A stretch of 17,991 nucleotides of DNA from positions 1 to 17,991 of the forward strand of contig JBDREN010000122.1 of assembly GCA_043819795.1 (NCBI GenBank). Direction: 5' to 3'. The notes under the pieces are model-generated. The model was not told the origin of the DNA and made no database searches. It saw nothing but the letters and a program-made list of their open reading frames with translations. Below are positions 9,146-16,392 of this stretch, one piece after another; the stretch's first letter is position 1, and the number at the start of each line of letters is the position of its first letter. Both the position numbers and the translations under genes were made by a program. The DNA comes from Elusimicrobiota bacterium. Lineage in GTDB: Bacteria > Elusimicrobiota > Elusimicrobia > UBA1565.

Positions 9146-12100
9146 TCAGGAGAACAGCCGCGAGAAGAAGGACCGGGGCTTGACCGAGCGCTTGAGGTTG
9201 CCGTCCGCGTCGTAGACGTCCACCGGGCGCTCTTGGGCGAGGTCGCCCTCGATCCGCTCGGCGTCGCCCACCACCGTGACGGCCGTCTTGTCGGGGTGAA
9301 GCAGCTTCCCGGCGACCCTCTGCACCGCCTTGCCGGTGACCTCCGAGACCTTCGTCATGTAGCTTCCCCACGACGCCAGGGGCATGTCGAAGAGCTCCAA
9401 TCCCAGCAGATGGTCCGCGATGCCGCCGATCGAGTCCAGGCTCAGCAGGAAGGAGCTGATCAAAGCGTTCTTGGCGCTGCCCAGCTCCGCCGCCGCGGGC
9501 GGCCTCGACCGCATCGAGCTCGCCTGGTCCAGGAGAGCCTTGAGCGCCGGCTGGACGTTCGCCGGCCGGGTGAAGAGCCCGAAGGTCCACATGGCCAGGG
9601 CCTTGTCCGTAACCACTTGGCTAAACGCGTCGTAGGCCACGCCCATGGCCCGGCGCGCCACCTGAAACAGTCTCGAGCTCCAGCCGCCGCCCATCAGCTG
9701 GCTGGCCACGAGCAGCGGGAAGTGGTCCTCCGAAGACGGGCGCCCGTCGCCGATCCCGATGCCGCTGACGCGGATCTGGGCCTGCCCGGAGCCGGGACGG
9801 TCCACCAGGGAGATGCCCCTCTGACGATTGACCGCCGGCTCCGAGCCGTTCGCGGCGGGCTGACGGGCGGGCTTCCAGTCGGCGAACACGCGAGAGAGCT
9901 CGGCCTTGACCATCTGCGGATTCACGTCGCCGGCCACCACCAGGACCGCGTTGTCCGGCGCGAAATGGGTGCGCGCGAGCCGGGCCACCTCTCCGGGGGT
10001 GAGCCCGTCGATGGCCTCCTCCGAGAGGTCGGACTGGGCCGAGGGATGGCTCCCGACCAGGTCCTGAAGCGCGCGCTGATGGCCGAGCACGTCCGGGTTC
10101 GCCCGGTGATGCTTCAGGTTCTCTTTCCAGAGGGCCTTCCAGGAGGCCAGCTCCTCTTGCGTCCACGCGTAGGGGCGGCTGATCATCTCGGAGAGCAGCG
10201 AGAGCAGCCGGGACGCCGACTCCGAGGGCGCGTTGCCGTCGAATACCACGTGGTCCCACCGCTGGCCGGTGCGGATGCTCGCGCCCATGTCCCTGAGGCT
10301 GTCGTCTACCTGCTGCTCGGAGCTGGCCGAAGTGCGCAGCCCCAGGAGCTGGGCCACGAGGGGGACCCTCATCCTGGCCGCCGCGTCCGCGGCCGTGGCC
10401 CCCTCGCGGAAGGCCAGCTTCGCGTAGACCGTCGAGCGCCGCCCGTCCGGCATCACGACCACCTTGAGCCCGTTGGGCAGGCGGAACTCTTCAGGAGTCC
10501 CGAAGTCCACCTTAGGGCTCTTGGCCGCGGCGATGTCCTCCAGGATATCCTTCTCCAGCTTGGTGGGCGCCTCTTCCGGAACGGCCTCGGCCTCATGCCG
10601 GTCCTCGGTGGGGGCGGGCTTCGTGGCGGCGGGGGGAGCGGGCCGCACCGCCACCACGCTGCGCTTCTCGCGCGTGAAGAACTTGGCGGCCGCCCGGCTG
10701 ACGTCCTCCGCGGTGAGGCGATGCCACCGCTCGGCCTCGTCTTTCAGGTCGGCGGCGCTTAAACCCCGCGCCGCGGCCTTGGCCAGCAGGAGGGTGCCCC
10801 CGTAGGGGTCGCCCATCTCGTTTTGAAGGGCGAAGACCCGATCGTCGATCCGGCGCTTGAGCTCCTCGGCATCGAACTCGCCGCGACGGATCGCTTCGAT
10901 CTCCTTGTCCAAGGCGGCCAGGGCCTCATCTTCCGTCATCTCGGGCCCGAGATCGATGGCGCCGGAGGAGGAGGCGGGGTCCCTCTCCAGGTAGGGCACG
11001 CTCACGGAGACCCCGCCGGCGCTCTTGCGCTCCAAAACGAGCTTCCTGTGCAGGCGGTCCTGCAGCATCTCGGCCGCGATCGAGGCCGCGTAGTACGCCG
11101 GCGTCCCGTGGCGCGGAGCCCGCCAGGCGAAAAGGACGGCGCGCCCGGCTCCGTTCGGATCGGAGACCTCGGCGCGCCTCTCGGACTTCTGCCCGGCCTC
11201 GGCCAGGTCCGTCCGCGCCGAAGCGGCGGGCGGGCCCCTCCGGGACACCGCTCCGAGGTACTCCTTCACCCACTTCTCCGTTTGGTCCAGGTCGATGTTG
11301 CCCGAGATGACCACCTTGGCCTTCTCCGGGGCGTAATGCCGGTCGAAATAGCGCCGCAGCTTCTCGGCGGTGGCGCCCCGGATGTCTCCCTTGGAGCCGA
11401 GCACTTCGCCGCCGTTGTTCGGGTTCGAGAACGCCAGGCGGCGAAGCCGCTGCCAGGCGGAGGTGTACGGAGAGTCGTCGCTGCTTGATTTCTCCTCGAG
11501 TATGATGGGCTTTTCGCGCTCCACCTTGTCGGGGGTGATCTCCAGGTTCGACATCCGCTCCGCTTCCAGGAAGATGCCCAGGTCCAGGAAGTCGTCGCGG
11601 ACCGTATGGACGTAGACCGTCTCGTCCGGATAGGTGAACGCGTTGCTGTAGCCGCCCATGGCGCCGAGCATCCGGTACATGTTCCGGATGCGCTTGGTGC
11701 CGCCGTGGTGCACGAGGTGCTCGAGGAAATGCGCGTAGCCGCCCTCGCCGTCCATGTCGTCGCGCCCCCCGACCCCGTAGCTGACCGCGATCGTGGCGCT
11801 GAAGAGCCCGGGATTCTTCACCAGCTGGACGTGCATGCCGTTCTCCAGCCGGAGCTCCCGGTAAGTCTCATTAGCCGCGGGGGCCTTGCCGCTGGCCGGA
11901 GAGGAGGCGCCCCTCTGAGACGCGGAGCCGGCGTCGGCGCGCCTGAGCGAAGGGTTCTTCAGCGAGAAGCGGCCCCACCGGGTATTCGTCCGGACAGCGC
12001 CTTCTTCGGAGCCTCCCAACTGGCCCAAAGCGGCCGCGTTGAGAAAATTCCGCTCAGTGGCCCGGCGGGCGCCGTCCAGGCTTTCCACGGAAGCGGCGTT

Positions 12101-12613
12101 CCCCGCCTTGGGACCGTGCAGGAGAAGGCCCCGCAACGCGGAGACGATGCCGGAGGGCTTCCAGGCCTGCCGCGCTGAGCTGGCCGCCCGAAGCGTACCG
12201 GCTCCCTCAGGCGAGGCTTTGGAGTCCGCCGCCGCCCTGGCCGCCCGGGCGGCCCCGGCGGCGGGCCGGGCGACGCCGCTCGGAAGGACCGCCTCCGCCG
12301 ACGCCTTGCCCTCGGCCGTGCCGGCGGTCCGAGAAACCGGCTTCAACGCGGGAGCGGAAAGCGCCGGGAGGACGCCGCTCAGCTTCAAAGAAGCGGGGCT
12401 CAACGAGACCGGGGAAATCCCGCCCGCCTGGGTTCCGCCGCTCGACGCCGCGCCGGCGACTCCGCCCTGCCCGGCGGAGGCCTGGGGAGCGGCGACCCTG
12501 ACGGCGCTCGCTTGCAGCGGCTGCAGCAAGCCGCTCCCGAGCAGAAGGACGGCCGCCTGAATCAGCGCCAGGATCCTCGTCGCGAGCGGCTTGTGCTTTT
12601 GGTCCATCTTCAT
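9146..12613 (-). CDS. Exported M16 (insulinase/pitrilysin family) zinc peptidase, fused active and inactive halves, with a long Ala-rich N-terminal extension
   Basis: HFLEH (HXXEH), NAFT, EREKPIILEE. The second half (LPNGLKVVV) lacks HXXEH but has RLF...GVAY. Signal-peptide-like N-terminus. Start set at 12613 (or 12607) rather than 12688. Confidence 0.9.
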   Translation of the reverse strand: MKMDQKHKPLATRILALIQAAVLLLGSGLLQPLQASAVRVAAPQASAGQGGVAGAASSGGTQAGGISPVSLSPASLKLSGVLPALSAPALKPVSRTAGTAEGKASAEAVLPSGVARPAAGAARAARAAADSKASPEGAGTLRAASSARQAWKPSGIVSALRGLLLHGPKAGNAASVESLDGARRATERNFLNAAALGQLGGSEEGAVRTNTRWGRFSLKNPSLRRADAGSASQRGASSPASGKAPAANETYRELRLENGMHVQLVKNPGLFSATIAVSYGVGGRDDMDGEGGYAHFLEHLVHHGGTKRIRNMYRMLGAMGGYSNAFTYPDETVYVHTVRDDFLDLGIFLEAERMSNLEITPDKVEREKPIILEEKSSSDDSPYTSAWQRLRRLAFSNPNNGGEVLGSKGDIRGATAEKLRRYFDRHYAPEKAKVVISGNIDLDQTEKWVKEYLGAVSRRGPPAASARTDLAEAGQKSERRAEVSDPNGAGRAVLFAWRAPRHGTPAYYAASIAAEMLQDRLHRKLVLERKSAGGVSVSVPYLERDPASSSGAIDLGPEMTEDEALAALDKEIEAIRRGEFDAEELKRRIDDRVFALQNEMGDPYGGTLLLAKAAARGLSAADLKDEAERWHRLTAEDVSRAAAKFFTREKRSVVAVRPAPPAATKPAPTEDRHEAEAVPEEAPTKLEKDILEDIAAAKSPKVDFGTPEEFRLPNGLKVVVMPDGRRSTVYAKLAFREGATAADAAARMRVPLVAQLLGLRTSASSEQQVDDSLRDMGASIRTGQRWDHVVFDGNAPSESASRLLSLLSEMISRPYAWTQEELASWKALWKENLKHHRANPDVLGHQRALQDLVGSHPSAQSDLSEEAIDGLTPGEVARLARTHFAPDNAVLVVAGDVNPQMVKAELSRVFADWKPARQPAANGSEPAVNRQRGISLVDRPGSGQAQIRVSGIGIGDGRPSSEDHFPLLVASQLMGGGWSSRLFQVARRAMGVAYDAFSQVVTDKALAMWTFGLFTRPANVQPALKALLDQASSMRSRPPAAAELGSAKNALISSFLLSLDSIGGIADHLLGLELFDMPLASWGSYMTKVSEVTGKAVQRVAGKLLHPDKTAVTVVGDAERIEGDLAQERPVDVYDADGNLKRSVKPRSFFSRLFS

Positions 12614-12661
12614 AACCCTGTTATATATAGAGTGACGTTTTTCCGCTATATATACAGGGTT
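12614..12661. repeat. AT-rich inverted repeat abutting the M16 start codon
   Basis: AACCCTGTTATATATAG (12614-12630) and CTATATATACAGGGTT (12646-12661): 16 bp with one bulge, 15-nt spacer. Confidence 0.7.
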
Positions 12662-12697
12662 TTCGGGCCTAGAAGGAGGTGGGCCCAAAGGCCTAGA

Positions 12698-12787
12698 GGC
12701 GGCCCCCTACGGGGGGCTGCCCATGTCGGGGGGCGATGGTTCTGCCCCCTCTTGTTCCCGCGTCCCTCCCCGCGGGGGAGGGACGCG
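12698..12787. repeat. Cluster of three GC-rich hairpins (REP-like or terminator-like)
   Basis: GGCGGCCCCC-TACG-GGGGGCTGCC (12698-12721); GGGGGC...GCCCCC (12729-12749); perfect 13-bp stem CGCGTCCCTCCCC-GCG-GGGGAGGGACGCG (12759-12787). Confidence 0.65.
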
Positions 12788-12803
12788 CACAACGGCCCCG
12801 CGA

Positions 12804-13559
12804 TCAGTGCCTTCGGCTCAGCAGGGGCTGGGTCACGGGCAGGCCCCTCACCATCCAAGGCGCCCCGGGAGGAGGCTCGACCGAGAAGGCATACTCCTCC
12901 GAGAAGGCTTCCATCGGCAGCGGTTGAGATCTTCCCAGAACCGCGCTGCAGAAGCCCTGGGAGGCTCTGACGTATATGGCCTCCCGCCACACCCCGCGCC
13001 CCCCTTTGCCGGGATCCCTGAGGCTGAATCGAAGCAGGAAAGTCCCGGTCATCGGATCGCCGGCGTAGTCGCGGAGGCGTCCCCTGAACCGCAGCAGACC
13101 CGGCCCCTCCGGCTCGGGGAAGTAGGGCTTGTCGGCCATCGGAGCCTTGATGTCGGACAGGACGATGACGATGTCCGACCCTTGGGGAAAGGATTGAAAC
13201 CAAACGTCTTTCCACAGGTCGAAGACGATCCTCGTGGTCGGATTCTCCCCCGGCGCGTACTGGGACGTGCGTACATCGCGGAGGTTCTTCGCACTCTCGT
13301 ATTTCACGACCTTCGGCCGGCCGTGAGAAACGCCGTAGAGGTCGATGACCAGGCGAGGCGGGGAGGGAAGCGAAAGCAGTGAATATTCGGCGTTCCCGTC
13401 GACTTTGATCGTCAGACGATCCCCATCGCCCGAGACCTCCCGCAGGACCGCGCTCTGAGCGGAGCATGGGGACGCCCCCGGTCCCGCCTGCCAGCAGAAC
13501 GCCCCGACGAACGCCGAGATGACGCCGATCCGCCCACCCCAAGATCTCTCGGTTCTCAT
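12804..13559 (-). CDS. Exported AMIN-domain protein with a C-terminal beta-rich domain
   Basis: AMIN signature YSLLSLPSPPRLVIDL...VRTSQY...TTRIVFDL. Hydrophobic N-terminus. AGGA SD upstream of ATG 13559. Confidence 0.8.
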   Translation of the reverse strand: MRTERSWGGRIGVISAFVGAFCWQAGPGASPCSAQSAVLREVSGDGDRLTIKVDGNAEYSLLSLPSPPRLVIDLYGVSHGRPKVVKYESAKNLRDVRTSQYAPGENPTTRIVFDLWKDVWFQSFPQGSDIVIVLSDIKAPMADKPYFPEPEGPGLLRFRGRLRDYAGDPMTGTFLLRFSLRDPGKGGRGVWREAIYVRASQGFCSAVLGRSQPLPMEAFSEEYAFSVEPPPGAPWMVRGLPVTQPLLSRRH

Positions 13560-13739
13560 GGTTTGTCCTGGACCGGCCAGCCGGTCCGCCTCCCCTTTCA
13601 ATTTCTCCTCGCCGTCGTCTTAGCGATTCTCTATTAACAATAGCGCCCCAGCCTCCGAAAAGCATCAAGAAAAGCTCAAAAACACCTCAAATCGTCCGTT
13701 CGCGGCGGCCACCCGGGATGGGGGCCTCGAAATTTCCCA

Positions 13740-13768
13740 TTGACAGGCCGGAATCCGGCTGATATATA
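13740..13768 (+). promoter_or_regulatory. Sigma70-type promoter for proC-rnd: TTGACA, 17 nt, TATATA (with extended TG)
   Basis: TTGACA 13740-13745, TG 13760-13761, TATATA 13763-13768. The spacer contains the dyad GCCGGA-A-TCCGGC. Confidence 0.7.
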
Positions 13769-13803
13769 TATTACGACAGCCTTGGGGTGCCGGTCTTTTG
13801 TTT

Positions 13804-13842
13804 CGCCTGGAACGCCGACCGGGTTCCTGGCGTTTTTCTTTT
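13804..13842 (+). terminator. Intrinsic terminator-like hairpin plus U-tract inside the proC 5' leader (possible attenuator)
   Basis: CGCCTGGAAC-9 nt-GTTCCTGGCG followed by TTTTTCTTTT, directly before the GGAGAGG SD. Confidence 0.55.
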
Positions 13843-13851
13843 GGAGAGGCC

Positions 13852-14673
13852 ATGCTCGCACGAAAACGGATCGCGGTGATCGGCGCCGGACATATCGGGA
13901 CCGCCCTGATCGGGGGTATGGTCAAGGCGAAGCTGATAGATCCCAAACGCGTCATCGCCACGCGCCGCGGCGCCGAAGCGCTCGATGAGCTCCGCCGGCG
14001 ATGGGGCATCCATACCACGACGGACAACCGCAAGGCGGTCCGGGAGGCCGACATCCTGCTTCTGGCCGTCAAGCCTCAGATCGCGAAGGAGGTGCTCGAC
14101 GAGATCGCTCCGGCGGTGAACGAGCGCCAGCTGGTCATCACCATCATGGCCGGGGTCAAGACCGAGACCGTCAACGGCCGCCTGAGCAAGGCCAACCCCG
14201 TCGTCCGCGCCATGCCCAACACCCCGGTCCTCGTCGACCAGGGCGCGACCGCGATCGCCAAAGGCGCGCACGCGTCCGAGAACGACCTAAAGCTGGCTCA
14301 GACCATCTTCGGCGCCGTCGGCATCGTCGAGACCGTCCCCGAGAAGATGATGGATGCCGTCACGGGCCTCTCCGGCAGCGGGCCCGTCTATATCTTCATG
14401 GTCATCGAAGCGCTCGTCGACGGCGCCGTCGCGGCGGGCATCCCGCGCCAGCTGGCCCGGCGCCTCGCGGCCCAGACCGTGTTGGGCGCCGCGAAGCTCG
14501 TGATCGAGACCGGCAAGCATACGGCCATCCTGAAGGACGAGGTCACCACCCCGGGCGGGACCGCCATCGCCGCCATCCACGAGCTGGAGTCCAAAGGCCT
14601 GCGCACGGTCCTTATGGACGCGGTGCTGACCGCCACCCGCCGCTCCGCCGAGCTGAGCCGGATCGACGAATGA
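13852..14673 (+). CDS. proC: Pyrroline-5-carboxylate reductase
   Basis: IAVIGAGHIG, LLAVKPQ, RAMPNTP, VTGLSGSGP, VTTPGGT; GGAGAGG SD before ATG 13852. Confidence 0.96.
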   Translation: MLARKRIAVIGAGHIGTALIGGMVKAKLIDPKRVIATRRGAEALDELRRRWGIHTTTDNRKAVREADILLLAVKPQIAKEVLDEIAPAVNERQLVITIMAGVKTETVNGRLSKANPVVRAMPNTPVLVDQGATAIAKGAHASENDLKLAQTIFGAVGIVETVPEKMMDAVTGLSGSGPVYIFMVIEALVDGAVAAGIPRQLARRLAAQTVLGAAKLVIETGKHTAILKDEVTTPGGTAIAAIHELESKGLRTVLMDAVLTATRRSAELSRIDE

Positions 14674-15887
14674 CCGGAAAAGAGCCCTCCCCCCCGAGGA
14701 TCATCGAGAGCATTCAGGATCTCGAGTCCCTCGCCGCCGACCTAAAGGGGGAGCCTCGCGTCGCCATCGACATGGAGTCGGACAGCTTCTACGTCTATCA
14801 CGAGAAGGTCTGCCTGCTGCAGCTTTCCACCGGTGAGGAGGACTTCGTCATCGATCCTCTCGCCGTCAAGGACATCTCGCCGCTCGGACCACTGTTCCGC
14901 GATCCCGCGATCGAGAAGGTCTTCCACGCCGGAGAATACGACATCGTCTGCCTCAAGCGCGACTACGGCTTCGTCATCAAGCACATCTTCGACACGATGG
15001 TCGCCGCGCGCACCCTCGGGATGCGCCGCCTCGGGCTGGCCCCCCTCATCGACCAGCATTTCGGCGTCAAGCTTTCCAAGAAGCTCCAGCGGGCCAACTG
15101 GGGCAAGCGGCCGCTGACCCCCGAGCACATCGAGTACGCGCGCAACGATACCCACTACCTTCTGGCGCTGCGCGACGCCTTGGCGGGTGAGCTCGAGCGG
15201 AAGGCCCTCCGGCGCGACGCGACCGACGAGTTCCGGCGCCTCGAGAAGCTCCAGCCGGTCGCCCGGGAGTTCGACGCCGACGCCTTCTGGTACCTCCATG
15301 GCGCGCGCGATCTGCCCGCCCAGGGGAAGGCGGTCCTTAGGCGGCTCTACGTATTCCGCGAGAAGACGGCAGCCGAGCTCGACCGCGCTCCCTTCCGGGT
15401 GCTCCCGGAGGAGCTGCTCGTCCGCCTCGCGGAACGGTGCCCGAAATCCATCGAAGCGATGCGGGGCATGAAGGGCATGTCCCCCTACCTGTTCCGACGC
15501 TTCGGGAGGGAGCTCATCCGGGAGATCGACAAGGGCCGCGCCGCGCCGCCGATCGAGGCTCCCGCGCAGCGGCCCAAGCGCGACCAGTGGGACGCCGATA
15601 CGATGCGCCGCTGCGAGGCCCTGCGCCAGTGGCGCAAGAAGACCGCGGTCGAGCGCGGGGTCGACCCGGTCGTCATCCTCCCGACCGAGGAGGTGCGCCA
15701 GCTCGCGCTGGCCCCCCGCCAGAACCCCGACACCGACCACTGGATCAACTGCATCAGCGAGTACAAGCGGGAGCTCTACGGGAAGGACATCCTGGCCATC
15801 CTGAAGCAGCCGCAGCCCGCGCGCAAGAAGAAGCGACGGTCCCGCAGGGCGCGCTCAGGGGCTCAGCGTACGGAACAGAAACTTTAG
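14670..15887 (+). CDS. rnd: Ribonuclease D-like DEDDy 3'-5' exonuclease with two HRDC domains
   Basis: AIDMES, CLLQLS, KVFHAGEYD, FDTMVAA, NWGKRPLT, YARND; HRDC segments REKTAAELDRAPFRVL and LRQWRKKTAVERGVDPVVIL; ATGA overlap with the proC stop. Confidence 0.9.
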   Translation: MTGKEPSPPRIIESIQDLESLAADLKGEPRVAIDMESDSFYVYHEKVCLLQLSTGEEDFVIDPLAVKDISPLGPLFRDPAIEKVFHAGEYDIVCLKRDYGFVIKHIFDTMVAARTLGMRRLGLAPLIDQHFGVKLSKKLQRANWGKRPLTPEHIEYARNDTHYLLALRDALAGELERKALRRDATDEFRRLEKLQPVAREFDADAFWYLHGARDLPAQGKAVLRRLYVFREKTAAELDRAPFRVLPEELLVRLAERCPKSIEAMRGMKGMSPYLFRRFGRELIREIDKGRAAPPIEAPAQRPKRDQWDADTMRRCEALRQWRKKTAVERGVDPVVILPTEEVRQLALAPRQNPDTDHWINCISEYKRELYGKDILAILKQPQPARKKKRRSRRARSGAQRTEQKL

Positions 15888-16280
15888 GAAGTAGATCAGC
15901 GCCGCCAGCCCGCCGGGGATCAGGATCCCCCAGACCCAGAGACTCCCGAGGTCGAACCGGAAGTCCAGGCCCAGCTTCTCGCCGAGACCGACATCGTCCC
16001 CCGCCCCCTCTTTGGGAGCGAAGCTGCGGCCGGCGGTCCGGACCTGAGGCGGGTCCTCGACGACCTGCTGGGGCTCGGGCACCGGGAAACCCTGGCTCCG
16101 CAGGTACTCGTACGCGTCGCGCACCTCGAGGAAGCGCTTCGTGAAGTAGGCGACCTCGTCCTCGGAGGAGGCGCGGTCCGGATGACAAGCGAGGGCCCCT
16201 TTCCTGTAGGCGAGCTGGACCTCCTTCGGGCTGGCGCCCGGCTCGACGCCCAGGATGGCGTACGCCTCTTCCGTCCTCAT
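15855..16280 (-). CDS. J-domain (class C DnaJ-like) protein with C-terminal transmembrane anchor
   Basis: AYAILGV...AYRK...CHPDR...FLEVRDAYEYL; hydrophobic tail LWVWGILIPGGLAALIYFLKFLF; GGGGAG SD 5 nt before ATG 16280. Confidence 0.9.
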   Translation of the reverse strand: MRTEEAYAILGVEPGASPKEVQLAYRKGALACHPDRASSEDEVAYFTKRFLEVRDAYEYLRSQGFPVPEPQQVVEDPPQVRTAGRSFAPKEGAGDDVGLGEKLGLDFRFDLGSLWVWGILIPGGLAALIYFLKFLFRTLSP

Positions 16281-16336
16281 GGTCGCTCCCCAACGACCTC
16301 GGATGCGACCATTTCCTGCGCGATATGCTCGGTCAT
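16277..16336 (-). CDS. Putative 19-aa repeat-encoded peptide MTEHIAQEMVASEVVGERP, copy adjacent to the J-domain gene
   Basis: GGGGAG SD, ATG 16336; its TGA overlaps the J-domain ATG (ATGA). Confidence 0.35.
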   Translation of the reverse strand: MTEHIAQEMVASEVVGERP

Positions 16337-16392
16337 GGTCGCTCCCCAACGACCTCGGATGCGACCATTTCCTGCGCGATATGCTCGGTCAT
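16333..16392 (-). CDS. Putative 19-aa repeat-encoded peptide MTEHIAQEMVASEVVGERP, upstream copy
   Basis: GGGGAG SD, ATG 16392; its TGA overlaps the next ATG (ATGA). Confidence 0.35.
   Translation of the reverse strand: MTEHIAQEMVASEVVGERP

Noticed and set aside
12646..13668. 340-aa minus-strand ORF overlapping the AMIN gene
   Set aside because: Arg/Gly-rich with no motifs, and it overlaps a better-supported frame.
13784..13842. TPP riboswitch or T-box in the proC leader (GGGGTGCC start)
   Set aside because: It lacks the CTGAGA and CCTGA...TAATGC TPP core and the T-box motif, and it is too short for a T-box.
14001..14669. 628-aa version of RNase D with a long N-terminal extension
   Set aside because: The extension is an off-frame reading of proC. 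The real start is the ATGA-coupled ATG at 14670.
16281..16349. Longer N-terminus for the J-domain protein (start 16349)
   Set aside because: The extension is repeat-derived sequence. ATG 16280 has an SD and begins the J-domain.
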